This document shows, one piece after another, positions 1-10,777 of a DNA stretch of 32,000 nt. A model generated the notes under the pieces. That model did not search any database. It worked only from the letters and a program-made list of their open reading frames with translations, and was not told the origin of the DNA. This DNA is from Wolbachia endosymbiont of Dirofilaria (Dirofilaria) immitis (GTDB taxonomy: Bacteria > Pseudomonadota > Alphaproteobacteria > Rickettsiales > Anaplasmataceae), in the NCBI RefSeq assembly GCF_013365455.1, contig NZ_CP046578.1, positions 750,001 to 782,000 on the forward strand. Reading direction: 5' to 3'. Every line of letters begins with the position of its first letter. Within the stretch, counting starts at the first letter, position 1. A program made the position numbers and the translations under genes.

Positions 1-10
1 TGCAACAAAT

Positions 11-1813
11 ATGAATTGCTATAAAACTCATACGTGCGATGAATTAAGGAAAGGCGATATAGAAAAGGAAGTCACTCTTTCTGGATGGCTGTACCATAAG
101 CGTGACCATGGTAATCTAATCTTTATTGACTTGAGAGACTTTTATGGAATTACTCAGTTAGTATTTAATAATGACAAAGACTTTTTTGATGAAATTTCAA
201 ATTTAAAATCAGAGAGTGTAATTACTGTCACAGGAATAGTAAAAGCTAGAACTAAAGATACAGTAAATAGCTCTATCCCTACAGGAGAAATTGAGGTTAT
301 AGTTATTAATTTGCACATTGAATCGGAAGTCAAATTTCATTGTGATGAAGAAATAGCAAAAGAAGAAAAAAGCATATTAGCAAGTATTTCTGGCAAGCAA
401 GAATACTCAGAAAATATGAGGTTAAAATATCGGTTTCTTGATTTAAGGCGAGAAAAAGTTCGTAATAATATTATTTTACGCTCACAAATCATTGCAGAAC
501 TCCGCAGACTCATGATAGAACAAGGTTTTTTAGAAATCCAAACTCCAATACTTACTGCTTCATCTCCTGAAGGAGCACGTGATTATTTAGTACCAAGCAG
601 ACTAAACCCCGGTAAATTCTATGCATTACCACAAGCTCCACAAATTTTCAAGCAATTACTAATGGTGTCAGGGTTCGATAAATATTTTCAAATTGCACCA
701 TGTTTCCGTGATGAAGATACAAGGTCAGATCGCTCTCCTGGAGAATTTTACCAGCTAGATCTTGAAATGTCTTTTGTGACTCAGGAAGATATATTTCAGG
801 TCATTGAAACTACTTTATATAAAGTGTTCACTAAATTCTCTTGCAAGTCAGTTGACAAAAATTTCCCACGCCTCACATATAAAGAGGCAATGCTTAAATA
901 TGGATCTGATAAGCCAGATCTACGCAATCCATTATCAATTAGTGATGTTACAGAAGTTTTCCGTGATTCAGGGTTCAATATCTTCAAAAGCAATATTCAA
1001 CAAGGCATGGTAGTCAGAGCTATTCCCGCTCCTAAAACAGCAAGAAAGCCACGGAGCTTTTTTGATAAAAAGATAGAGCATGCGCAAAAAGAATTCGGAG
1101 CTAAAGGTCTTGGGTATATAACGTTTGATAAAGATGGTACTATAAAGGGACCAATCGCTAAATTCTTTAATGATAATAAGCTAAATCATATAAGAGAAGT
1201 AACAAATATAAAGCCTGGAGATAGCATATTCTTTGCTTCTGACAAAGAAAATGAAGCAGCAGTAATTGCAGGAAAAGTACGTACCCTTTTAGGATCAGAA
1301 TTAGGCCTAATAGATAAAAATGTTTTCAAATTCTGTTGGGTTATTGATTTTCCATATTTTATGTATGACAATAAAAATAAAAAAATCAACTTCTTTCATA
1401 ATCCATTTTCTATGCCGCATGGTGGCTTGAAAGATCTGGAGGAAAAAAATCCATTATATATTCTTGCTTACCAATATGATCTAGTTTGTAATGGAATAGA
1501 ATTATCAAGCGGAGCGATTCGCAATAATAAGCTAGATGTTATGTATAAAGCTTTTGCTATTTCAGGCTATAGTAAAGAAGAAGTAGATACAAAATTTAGT
1601 GCACTTGTGCGTGCATTTAGATTTGGGGTACCACCTCATGGTGGGATAGCACCAGGAGTTGATAGAATGGTCATGCTGCTTGCTGACGAGCCAAATATTC
1701 GTGAAGTAACCTGTTTCCCTATGAACCAACAAGGCGAAGATGTTTTAATGGGTGCTCCTTCTAAGATAAAAAGTGGACATTTACGTGAATTATTCTTGCA
1801 AGTTATTGATTGA
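11..1813 (+). CDS. aspS: Aspartyl-tRNA synthetase (bacterial type, class II)
   Basis: 600-aa ORF with N-terminal OB-fold ([19 protein letters not shown]), class II motifs ([44 protein letters not shown]) and C-terminal [33 protein letters not shown]. Confidence 0.97.
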   Translation: MNCYKTHTCDELRKGDIEKEVTLSGWLYHKRDHGNLIFIDLRDFYGITQLVFNNDKDFFDEISNLKSESVITVTGIVKARTKDTVNSSIPTGEIEVIVINLHIESEVKFHCDEEIAKEEKSILASISGKQEYSENMRLKYRFLDLRREKVRNNIILRSQIIAELRRLMIEQGFLEIQTPILTASSPEGARDYLVPSRLNPGKFYALPQAPQIFKQLLMVSGFDKYFQIAPCFRDEDTRSDRSPGEFYQLDLEMSFVTQEDIFQVIETTLYKVFTKFSCKSVDKNFPRLTYKEAMLKYGSDKPDLRNPLSISDVTEVFRDSGFNIFKSNIQQGMVVRAIPAPKTARKPRSFFDKKIEHAQKEFGAKGLGYITFDKDGTIKGPIAKFFNDNKLNHIREVTNIKPGDSIFFASDKENEAAVIAGKVRTLLGSELGLIDKNVFKFCWVIDFPYFMYDNKNKKINFFHNPFSMPHGGLKDLEEKNPLYILAYQYDLVCNGIELSSGAIRNNKLDVMYKAFAISGYSKEEVDTKFSALVRAFRFGVPPHGGIAPGVDRMVMLLADEPNIREVTCFPMNQQGEDVLMGAPSKIKSGHLRELFLQVID

Positions 1814-1845
1814 CAGCACCGCAGATTATATTAAACTGAAAAAGT

Positions 1846-3111
1846 GTGAATAATATCCAAAAAGCAATAATATCAGGTATAATCTGCAATATGATTATAT
1901 GGTATGAATTGACTCTATTTGGAGTTTTGACACACATAATAAGTGATGTTCTCTTTTCATCAGAAAGTAGTGAATACGTAAAAAAAATTAAATTTCTTGG
2001 CAGTTTTGCAATTGGATTTGGATTCAGGCCACTTGGAGCATTTGTTTTTGGCTATATTGGAGATAAGTACGGCAGGAGAAAAATTTTACTGGCTTCTGTA
2101 ATATTAGCCTCAATATCATCTACTGCAATCGCAGTGATACCCAGCGCCAAAAAAATAGGAATATTTTCTCCCATATTACTTCTGTTTTGCAGAATAATAC
2201 AAGGAATGGCAACAGGTGGAGAAACAAGTATAAATTCAGCATTTCTAATAGAGCACTCAAGCGATAAAAAAAATCTAGGTTTTTTAGGTAGCATGAAGGC
2301 TTTCAGTGGCGCACTTGGTTCCATTACATGCTTTGTAATGATAGCTATTTGTAAAAAGCTTACAGGTGAAAATTATGAAGTTTGGGGTTGGAGATTGCTC
2401 TTCTACTTCTCCTCTATTATGGGTATAATAGGTTTTCTAATAAGATATATAATAGAGGAAAGCTTAGCATATAAAATGCACAGCCGAAATAAAGGCTTAT
2501 TTCATTCACCATTTCTAGAATTGCTCAAGAAATATAAAAGAGCATTTATGATAGCAATTGGGCTTGGCATTGCTCAGAATGCAATTGTTTATTCAACAAT
2601 CATGTTTTATAACATATCTGTAAAAGAGATTATCCTATCAGGCATCGATATCAAAAACGTAGTAAGGATCATGGTCGAAATTACATTTGGAGTGTCTGCA
2701 GTGTTGCTTGCAACACTATCTGATAAAGTTGGAAGAAAGAATGTGATGATTCCTACATTAATAATTTTAGCTTGTGTCAGTTTACTAGTCTTTCCGCTAT
2801 TATCATACAATAATCACTACATTGTAATGCTCACTTTTCTGTTGATAAGCATACCAATAGGTGCATCTTTTGGAATATATAATTCTCTTATTTGTGAATT
2901 ATTCCCAACAAAGGTTAGATGTACTGGTTTTAGTTTAGCTCACAACGTATCTGCAGGAGTCTTCGGCGGCATTTCTCCATCTATATGTATGTGGCTTATA
3001 GAAAAAACTGAAACAAAATTTGCATCAGGCATCTATCTTACTGCCTGCGCATTAATTAGCCTAGTATCTATACTTCAAATCAAAGACAAAGATAAAAAAG
3101 TCGATTGGTAA
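1846..3111 (+). CDS. MFS transporter, metabolite:H+ symporter / ProP-like family
   Basis: 421-aa multi-pass hydrophobic ORF; MFS signature GYIGDKYGRRKILL and repeat LSDKVGRKNVMIP; GTG start with an in-frame TGA at 1837-1839 just upstream. Substrate unknown. Confidence 0.88.
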   Translation: MNNIQKAIISGIICNMIIWYELTLFGVLTHIISDVLFSSESSEYVKKIKFLGSFAIGFGFRPLGAFVFGYIGDKYGRRKILLASVILASISSTAIAVIPSAKKIGIFSPILLLFCRIIQGMATGGETSINSAFLIEHSSDKKNLGFLGSMKAFSGALGSITCFVMIAICKKLTGENYEVWGWRLLFYFSSIMGIIGFLIRYIIEESLAYKMHSRNKGLFHSPFLELLKKYKRAFMIAIGLGIAQNAIVYSTIMFYNISVKEIILSGIDIKNVVRIMVEITFGVSAVLLATLSDKVGRKNVMIPTLIILACVSLLVFPLLSYNNHYIVMLTFLLISIPIGASFGIYNSLICELFPTKVRCTGFSLAHNVSAGVFGGISPSICMWLIEKTETKFASGIYLTACALISLVSILQIKDKDKKVDW

Positions 3112-3173
3112 AATCTTTCTTTTGACAAGGTTTTTCATATTTTAACCACACTCTAGCTGCCATATACCCGGTT

Positions 3174-3183
3174 ACAGCGCTGT
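3174..3183. other. Perfect 10-bp palindrome ACAGCGCTGT
   Basis: Self-reverse-complementary sequence in the gap between the convergent MFS gene and infC. Confidence 0.6.
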
Positions 3184-3273
3184 GCCAATTCTATAATTTT
3201 ATTGGCACAATGAAAATTGTTTTACTAACTTAAGTAAAAATCATTAAATAGTTTTAGTAGACAACAAGTTTTG

Positions 3274-3783
3274 CTATTTAGCAACCAGAACTAAAAAATA
3301 TTGATTCCCCTCTTGTTTAGGAGCTAATTCTACTTTAGCAATATCTCCAGTATCTCTAATCAACCGTTCTAATTTCTCCAGACCAACTTCAGTGTTTATT
3401 AGCTCTCTACCTCTAAACTTCATTGTAATTTTGATCCTGTGTCCATGTGTAAGAAAATCTCTTGCTTGACGTAATTTTGTTTCATAGTCATGATCGCTAA
3501 TATTAGGGCCCAGCTTAATTTCTTTTATAGCTAATATCTTCTGTTTCTTTTTTGCTTCACTTGCTTTCTTTTTTGCATTATACCTTTGCTTACTGTAATC
3601 TAAGATTTTACATACTGGAGGAGCTGAATCAGGAACAATTTCTACTAAATCTAAACTGACATTCTGTGCAGACTCCAAAGCTTGTTCTATTGCCATGATT
3701 CCAACCATATTGCCATTCTGATCAACCAGACGTACCTCTTTAGCCGTAATAAACTTATTAATCCTGTTTTTTTTAATTTGCAA
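3274..3783 (-). CDS. infC: Translation initiation factor IF-3
   Basis: 169-aa ORF; typical IF3 text (RVRLVD-like EVRLVDQNGNMVGIM, APPVCKILDYSKQRYNAKKK, KITMKFRGRE, AKLEPKQEGNQ-like end). TTG start preceded by GGGAG at 7 nt spacing. Confidence 0.96.
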   Translation of the reverse strand: MQIKKNRINKFITAKEVRLVDQNGNMVGIMAIEQALESAQNVSLDLVEIVPDSAPPVCKILDYSKQRYNAKKKASEAKKKQKILAIKEIKLGPNISDHDYETKLRQARDFLTHGHRIKITMKFRGRELINTEVGLEKLERLIRDTGDIAKVELAPKQEGNQYFLVLVAK

Positions 3784-3795
3784 ACTTTAACTCCC

Positions 3796-5700
3796 TTAAC
3801 CCAAGTTAATACCTTTTAGTAGAAGCTCAGCAGCTTTTTCATAAGAAAAAGACTCTTGCCTCTCTGACCCTAAATTTCTCACTGACACAGTTTTACTTGC
3901 AACCTCATTCTTGCCTATAATCCATAATATAGGCACCTTGTTCAAACTATGCAAGCGTATTTTATGACTAATTTTTTCACTAGTTAAATTCATTTTAACC
4001 CTAACACCTTGTTTTTTTAAAACGCCGCTAATTTCTGTAGCATAGTTGTCAACTTCATTTGTGACGGTTAGAATAGCAAGTTGCGTTGGAGCAAGCCATA
4101 ATGGAAATTTTCCTGCATAGTGCTCTATTAGAACCCCAATAAAACGTTCAAAAGTTCCAAGAATTGCTCTGTGCAACATAACAGGATGATGCTTTTGCCC
4201 GTCTGTTCCTATATAAAAGGCTCCAAGACGTTCTGGTAAAATAAAATCCACTTGCAGCGTTCCACACTGCCAATTTCTACCTATTGCATCTTTTAGAGCA
4301 AACTCTAACTTTGGGCCATAAAATGCACCTTCACCTGGGTTGATTTCATAACTTAAACCTGTTTTCTTGACAGCTTCGAGCAGAGCTTTTTCAGCCCTAT
4401 TCCACACTTCATCACTTCCTGCTCTAATATTAGGACGGTCTGAGAATTTTACAGAAACTTCGTTGAATCCAAGCTCTGAGTATACTTCCTTCAAAAGATC
4501 ACAAAATTTTACAGTTTCAGAATTGACTTGTTCTTCCATACAAAAAATGTGCGCATCATCTTGTGTAAACCCACGCACTCGCATCAGCCCATGCAATGAA
4601 CCTGAGCTTTCATTCCTATGACACGTACCAAACTCCGCTATACGTATTGGTAAATCACGATAGCTTCTAGTGCAAGAGTTAAAAATCTGTACATGACAAG
4701 GACAACTCATGGGTTTTATCGCTAGTTTTTCATTCTTAAGCCCATCAACAACAAACATACTTTCACGAAACTTATCCCAATGCCCAGATTTTTCCCATAG
4801 TCCCCTACCTACTAGAACAGGAGTCCTTACTTCAAAATAACCATTATCTACTAATTTTTTTCTTATATAAGACTCAAGAATGTTATATAAGATATACCCT
4901 TGTTCATGCCAAAAAATTTGCCCTACAGCTTCCTCTTGAATATGAAATAAGTCCATGTCTTTAGCGATTTTACGATGGTCGCGTTTTTCTGCTTCTTCTA
5001 GACATTCAAGATAAGTATTTAATTCATTCTTATTTCTCCACGCAGTACCATATATTCGTTGCAACATCGGACCATTGGAATCACCACGCCAGTATGCTCC
5101 TGCAACTTTCATAAGTTTAAATGCTCGAACTCTACCAGTTGAAGGAGAGTGTGGACCACGGCATAAGTCAACAAAACCTCCTTGCCTATAAATAGTTAGA
5201 TCTTCATTTTCTGGTATGCAAGAAATAATATCAATCTTATATTTTTCGCCTATACTACTAAAAAAATCAATTGCTTGCTCACGAGCCCAGACTTCTCGGA
5301 AAAATCTATAATTACTTTTTATAATTCCTTTCATTTTTTCTTCTATTATGGTAAGATCATCCATAGTAAAAGTATGATCCGTAGCAAAATCATAGTAGAA
5401 GCCATCTTTAATTATTGGACCAATAGTAACTTGAGTATTAGGAAAAAGTTCCTTCACCGCTTGAGCCATTATATGAGCAGCATCATGCCTTATTATATCT
5501 AGAGCTACCTCATCACCGAACTGTATTACCTCTATCTCCGTACCAGATTCAATTTCACGTGAAAGGTCACACAACTCACCATTTATCCTTAAAGCAATAG
5601 CTTCTTTCAAAACATCTAGTTGCAATAGATCAAAAATAGTAACTATATTACTATATTTTTCTACTTTTTCTCCAGGTGAAAAGGTAATCTTTATCATCAA
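3796..5700 (-). CDS. thrS: Threonyl-tRNA synthetase
   Basis: 634-aa ORF with TGS domain, [11 protein letters not shown] editing domain, [12 protein letters not shown]-like CHRNESSG, and C-terminal anticodon-binding domain. Confidence 0.97.
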   Translation of the reverse strand: MMIKITFSPGEKVEKYSNIVTIFDLLQLDVLKEAIALRINGELCDLSREIESGTEIEVIQFGDEVALDIIRHDAAHIMAQAVKELFPNTQVTIGPIIKDGFYYDFATDHTFTMDDLTIIEEKMKGIIKSNYRFFREVWAREQAIDFFSSIGEKYKIDIISCIPENEDLTIYRQGGFVDLCRGPHSPSTGRVRAFKLMKVAGAYWRGDSNGPMLQRIYGTAWRNKNELNTYLECLEEAEKRDHRKIAKDMDLFHIQEEAVGQIFWHEQGYILYNILESYIRKKLVDNGYFEVRTPVLVGRGLWEKSGHWDKFRESMFVVDGLKNEKLAIKPMSCPCHVQIFNSCTRSYRDLPIRIAEFGTCHRNESSGSLHGLMRVRGFTQDDAHIFCMEEQVNSETVKFCDLLKEVYSELGFNEVSVKFSDRPNIRAGSDEVWNRAEKALLEAVKKTGLSYEINPGEGAFYGPKLEFALKDAIGRNWQCGTLQVDFILPERLGAFYIGTDGQKHHPVMLHRAILGTFERFIGVLIEHYAGKFPLWLAPTQLAILTVTNEVDNYATEISGVLKKQGVRVKMNLTSEKISHKIRLHSLNKVPILWIIGKNEVASKTVSVRNLGSERQESFSYEKAAELLLKGINLG

Positions 5701-5702
5701 TT

Positions 5703-6185
5703 TTAATAATAAGGCTTATTCTTTTTTAACCTAACTTCAATTGCTTTTTCCCAAATCTCACCATTACGCAATAATTTCTCCTTATTATATATTAGTTCCT
5801 TTTTTGTTTCTGTTGCAAATTCAAAATTAGGACCCTCAACAATTGCATCAACTGGACATGCCTCTTGGCAAAGCCCACAATATATACACTTTGTCATATC
5901 AATATCATAACGTGTAGTGTAACGGCTACCATCCTCTCTTTCTTCCGCTTCAATAACTATTGCTTGAGCAGGACAGATAACTTCACATAACTTACAAGCT
6001 ATACACCGCTCTTTACCATTTGAATACCTGCGCAATGCATGTTCACCACGAAACCTTGGACTCAGATGGCCTTTCTCCATAGGATACCTTAGCGTAACCT
6101 TCGGCTTAAACATATACTTCAATGTAACAGCAAACCCCTTAATTAATTCTACAAAGAACCAATACCAGACTAATTTTTTGAACAT
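5703..6185 (-). CDS. nuoI: NADH-quinone oxidoreductase subunit I
   Basis: 160-aa ORF with two 4Fe-4S motifs [16 protein letters not shown] and [17 protein letters not shown]; 2 nt upstream of thrS. Confidence 0.96.
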   Translation of the reverse strand: MFKKLVWYWFFVELIKGFAVTLKYMFKPKVTLRYPMEKGHLSPRFRGEHALRRYSNGKERCIACKLCEVICPAQAIVIEAEEREDGSRYTTRYDIDMTKCIYCGLCQEACPVDAIVEGPNFEFATETKKELIYNKEKLLRNGEIWEKAIEVRLKKNKPYY

Positions 6186-6255
6186 AAAACATCCAAGACT
6201 TATGCAAGTGATTATAAATCATATTATCAGTTTTCAAAAGGCCTTTTTTCCTGTA

Positions 6256-7059
6256 TCAACTGTGAATTACATTCGAATCAATGACCTTCATTCCTACTAC
6301 ATTATACCCTGAGTCAACATGCAGAATTTCCCCAGTGGTACCACTACTTAAGTCACTCAGTAAGTACAATGCTGCTTTCCCAACATCCTCTATTGTAGTG
6401 TTACGTCTCAATGGAGAATTGCTTCTGTTCCATTTCGATATGAAACAGAAATTGCTTACCCCAGAAGATGCTAAAGTTCTGATTGGACCAGCAGAAATAG
6501 CGTTGACCCTAATGTTCTGTGGTCCTAAATCACATGCTAGATACCTCACACTTGCCTCAAGTGCTGCTTTACACAAGCCCATGACATTATAATTTGGTAT
6601 AACTTTTTCAGCACCATAGTAAGATAAAGTAAGTAGACTACCGACATTTGGCATCATTTTTTCAGCTCTTTGCGCCAAAGCAGTAAAAGAATAGCACGAT
6701 ATATGCATTGCATTAAGGAAGTTGCTTAATGAAGTATTAACATACTTACTATTTAATTCACTTTTATCAGAAAATGCAATTGCATGTACCAAAAAATCAA
6801 GAGTGCCCCACTTTTTTTTTATTACTTCGAAAACACTATCTATAGTTCCTTCATTTGTAACATCACAACTCAGTACTAACTCTACATTTAGTTCAGTTGC
6901 TATCGGTAATAATCTCTCCTTTATCGTTTCATTTTGGTAGGTAATTGCAAGTCCTGCTCCGTGCTCTGATAGGGTTTTTGCTATGCCATAAGCTATTGAT
7001 CTCTTATTTATTATTCCAGTTATTAACCCCCTTTTGCCTTTTAATAAAGTCGTTGTCAT
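6256..7059 (-). CDS. fabI: Enoyl-[acyl-carrier-protein] reductase (NADH)
   Basis: 267-aa SDR-family ORF; NKRSIAYGIAKTL nucleotide-binding region, YYGAEKVIPNYNVMGLCKAALEASVRYLACDLG active-site region. Confidence 0.94.
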   Translation of the reverse strand: MTTTLLKGKRGLITGIINKRSIAYGIAKTLSEHGAGLAITYQNETIKERLLPIATELNVELVLSCDVTNEGTIDSVFEVIKKKWGTLDFLVHAIAFSDKSELNSKYVNTSLSNFLNAMHISCYSFTALAQRAEKMMPNVGSLLTLSYYGAEKVIPNYNVMGLCKAALEASVRYLACDLGPQNIRVNAISAGPIRTLASSGVSNFCFISKWNRSNSPLRRNTTIEDVGKAALYLLSDLSSGTTGEILHVDSGYNVVGMKVIDSNVIHS

Positions 7060-7297
7060 AGAACCATTTATTTTTTATAATTTGGAATACTAATTAAGCA
7101 AAGTCAAGGTGTTAACTATGTCCAAAAATAACTTCTGAAGCCAAAGTGATACACCAAATCTTATAGTTAGATATGAGTTTTCAGTAAAAAATGAAAAGAC
7201 AAAAGCTTCAAGTTTTCCTTAGGTTATACAAAAATAATAAACCCCTTTATTTAGAACTGAAGTTTTGCTATCTTCACATTTTAATAATTTAAAATTA

Positions 7298-8935
7298 ATG
7301 AATATAAACAAAAACGAATTTTTATTCCTTCCACTCGGAGGAGTAGGCAGAATTGGAATGAACGTTAGCCTATATCACTGCCAAGGAAAGTGGATCATGA
7401 TTGATCTTGGTATTGGTTTTGCTGATGACGAAACTATGCCAGGTATTGAACTGCTCATTGCTGACATAAGCTTCATTTCTCAAAGAAAAAATGACTTACT
7501 TGGAATAATAATCACACATGCACATGAAGACCACTGTGGTGCAGTGCCTTATTTATGGAAAGAATTACAATGTCCTATATATGCAACAAATTTTACAGTT
7601 AACTTCCTCAAGGAGAAACTAAAGGAGTTTCAATTAGAAAGTATGGTGCCTGTGAAAGAAGTAGACATAAACGGTAGCATAAATTTAGGTCCTTTCATTG
7701 TTGAGTTTATCAATGTAACTCATTCAATCCCTGAGGCACATTCAATATTAATTAGCACTAGCATAGGTAGTGTGTTCCATACTGGCGATTGGAAATTTGA
7801 CCCAAAACCTATTATTGGATTAACCTCTAATATAGGTCGTTTAAAAGAAATTGGCAATAAAGGTAATTTACTTGCGGCAATTTGTGATTCAACAAACATA
7901 TTGAGTAGACGTGATCCTGAATCAGAAGGTAAAATTTATAATAATATTTACAACATAACAAGGCAGTCTAAAAAGTTGGTAGTCGTATCGCTCTTCGCTT
8001 CAAATGTGGCGCGAATTGAAACAATAAGCCAGGTTGCAAAGTCACTAGATAGAAAAGTGGTTTTGCTTGGTAGATCTTTGTGGAGAATAGTAAAAGTTGC
8101 ACAAGACAGTGGTTATTTAATCGATTCTGTTCACTTTTTCGAAGCAAAAGACGTGGTAGATTCGCCAAGAGAAAAGCTATTATTAATTTGCACTGGCTGT
8201 CAAGGCGAACCAACGTCAGCAACTTCAAAACTTGCCTATAAGAGGCATCATGTATTTAAAATGCAACATGGTGATACAATGATCCTTTCATCAAAAATCA
8301 TTCCTGGAAATGAAACTCGTACACATAATATGCTCAATGCTTTTATTGAGATGGGCGTAGAAGTTATTACTGAAAAAACAGAGGACATCCATGCTTCTGG
8401 ACATCCAATGAAAGCAGAACTAAGGGAAATGTACTCTTTAATAAAACCTAAAATATCTATTCCAGTCCATGGCGAGTATATTCATACTCACGCACACGCA
8501 AAATTTGCTAAGGAGTGTGGTGTAGAAAAAGCAATAATGATTGCACCAGGTGATATTGTTAATTTAGAGAATGGAGAAAAAATTGATTCAATTGATGTCG
8601 ATTACTTCGGCATTGATGGTACATTGCTACGTTATCCAGAGAGCAGTGTTATAAAAATGCGTAAGAGAATGAGGGATGCAGGAGCTATTATAGTAACAGC
8701 AGTCGTTAACAGGAAAAATAGATTGCTAGTTAAACCAAAAGTATTTGCACCTGGTATCTTCGAAGCAACAGAAGATGCAGCTATCATACAAAGAATCATA
8801 AAAGCAGTTGAGTTAGCATTTAGCTTGCAATCAACAAGAAAAATAAGAAGTAAGATTGAGAGTTCAATATTTTCTATCTTAAAAGAATACTTACTGAAAA
8901 GACCTATAATTAAAGTACAAATAGAACAGGTATAA
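7298..8935 (+). CDS. rnj: Ribonuclease J family metallo-beta-lactamase nuclease
   Basis: ORF track gives 7265 (TTG), but the ATG at 7298 (MNINKNEFLFLPLGGVGRIGMN) is a more natural start. Metal-binding motif ITHAHEDHCGAVPYL, beta-CASP region ATSKLAYKRHH / IIPGNETRTHNM, HASGHPMKAELREM, PVHGEYIH. Confidence 0.93.
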   Translation: MNINKNEFLFLPLGGVGRIGMNVSLYHCQGKWIMIDLGIGFADDETMPGIELLIADISFISQRKNDLLGIIITHAHEDHCGAVPYLWKELQCPIYATNFTVNFLKEKLKEFQLESMVPVKEVDINGSINLGPFIVEFINVTHSIPEAHSILISTSIGSVFHTGDWKFDPKPIIGLTSNIGRLKEIGNKGNLLAAICDSTNILSRRDPESEGKIYNNIYNITRQSKKLVVVSLFASNVARIETISQVAKSLDRKVVLLGRSLWRIVKVAQDSGYLIDSVHFFEAKDVVDSPREKLLLICTGCQGEPTSATSKLAYKRHHVFKMQHGDTMILSSKIIPGNETRTHNMLNAFIEMGVEVITEKTEDIHASGHPMKAELREMYSLIKPKISIPVHGEYIHTHAHAKFAKECGVEKAIMIAPGDIVNLENGEKIDSIDVDYFGIDGTLLRYPESSVIKMRKRMRDAGAIIVTAVVNRKNRLLVKPKVFAPGIFEATEDAAIIQRIIKAVELAFSLQSTRKIRSKIESSIFSILKEYLLKRPIIKVQIEQV

Positions 8936-8952
8936 AATATAAATGAAGTAAC

Positions 8953-9180
8953 TTGTTCAGAGCTAATATCACTTCTTTCGTTATTTTTTGCCTTATCTCA
9001 CTAAAACTACTTTGCATAGATATGAGAAAAGCAATGTTAGTAGCCATAAGCCTATTGTATCTAAGTATACATTTAACAAGTCTAAAAAGTGAGCTAAGCG
9101 AAAATATTGCAAAAACAGCTGAGATAAATTTATCTAACTATAGCTTACTTCATTATGTAGCACATGATACAGAAACTTGA
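8953..9180 (+). CDS. Possible small hydrophobic protein of unknown function
   Basis: 75-aa ORF beginning 17 nt after the RNase J gene; hydrophobic centre (ITSFVIFCLISLKLLCI...AMLVAISLLYLSI). TTG start, alternative ATG at 9022, no clear Shine-Dalgarno. Confidence 0.3.
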   Translation: MFRANITSFVIFCLISLKLLCIDMRKAMLVAISLLYLSIHLTSLKSELSENIAKTAEINLSNYSLLHYVAHDTET

Positions 9181-10777
9181 AACTATGCTATCCAAGCCTT
9201 AAAAAGATAAGGCACCAGTCACAAATCTTACAATCAGTTTAAGCTAACAAGATAGAATCTTAGAATCATCATTTCATTTGTTTGACACTACCATAAAAAG
9301 AAGCTGTTTATTCAGTCAGTTATTTTTCCAGCAAAAAAAACAGGAGAAAAATCAGTCATCTAATTTCAGACATAACATATGATAAACTAAAGCGAGAGGC
9401 ACTTCAATATAAAGATAATGCACATATTGCTGAAGAAAAAGATAGTGATTATAGATCAATACGTAAAATAACCTATGAATCAAAATGAAAGTAATATAAA
9501 ATACTTAACAAATAGCGGTAAATTTGTAAGATATCTAGATTTTCGCTAAATAGAATAGTTAAATACGTTTAGTAATTATTCCTGTTCTGAGATTTCTTTC
9601 TAATAGTAAATCTACTTTAATCCCCCCATTCATTTTGATGGCAAAACTAATCACCTTTAAGATTTAAGCAGTAAGCATACAAAAAAAATTACTAGAAATT
9701 TAGCTATAAATACTTCTCCTTACTTTTATCTAGACCAGAAATATGGCCTTCAGTTCTAATGTAAGTGGAAGTCAACAATTATATATCATCAATTTTACTA
9801 AAAAAGTAAAAAACCGAGGAGAATTAGTTTGGCAACGAGAAATACACTATACCTGCTTAGTCTTCAAAAGGAGATTTTGTAGCCTTTACAAAAATTCAAT
9901 CAGGATTTCACATAGGGATTATAAAGCCATATACAAAAAAAGAACACCTTCTTTAGAAAAGAGATAAAATTGAACCCACAGACAGCATAGCTACCAAACA
10001 ACAGAGTGATTATTTTATAAGGATAGAATCACTTAAGCACAAGCTTATAATTTAGTAAAAAAAATCTCAAAATAATTTTTATACTACAAATGCCTATAAA
10101 TCAGATTGGCCTTATTTAAAACTACCAATTGCTGATTCAGCCTTTCCTGAAAAGGAGAGGATGACGGTAATAATAAAGAGTAATGCAGACAATATTAGCC
10201 ATTTACTCTTATTTCACCTGCAAGTTGATATATAACGAGCATATAACTCTTTCCCACTTTCCAACTTAAAGGTATATAAACTTGTATTTACAGTATTATC
10301 ATATCTAGTATTTATAGTGCGTGATTCAACTTCTGCAGTTAGGCACTTGCAAAAAATACAGTAGCTAACACGCTAAGCATTAGCTGTTGTCCTATAATTA
10401 GGAAGAATCAGCAGGCAGCAGTAATCATCAATATAATTAAAGATTAACCTCATAAGCATAGCCAATTTTTAGCAAATCTTTCAATGATAAAATAGTACTC
10501 TTATATCCTAACCACTAGCTTTAATACAACTCTTACTCTCATTAAAAAAACTACACCCATGAGACCAGGACAATGAGCAATAATAAAAACCTTTCACTGG
10601 TTTAATTAAAATTTACAGACTCACTTTAATTTTTATTGTAAGTTTTTACAGAGTATGTATCCTTAGCAAATTAGTAACAATAAAATATATTCTATACAGT
10701 AACTTTATCAAATCAATAAGCAAACGTAAAATATCTTCGTTTTAGCATTATTGATTCACTTAGAGTTTTAAATAGTC

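Noticed and set aside
796-1013. Track ORFs of 65-69 aa overlapping aspS on both strands
   Set aside because: Fully inside a high-confidence gene in alternative frames, with no recognisable domain; treated as shadow ORFs.
7968-8228. 86-aa minus-strand ORF inside the RNase J gene
   Set aside because: Shadow ORF opposite conserved beta-CASP sequence.
9743-9967. 74-aa + strand ORF in the 9.2-10.8 kb desert
   Set aside because: No recognisable family, no supporting ribosome-binding site and an ordinary length for chance; not enough to call a gene.
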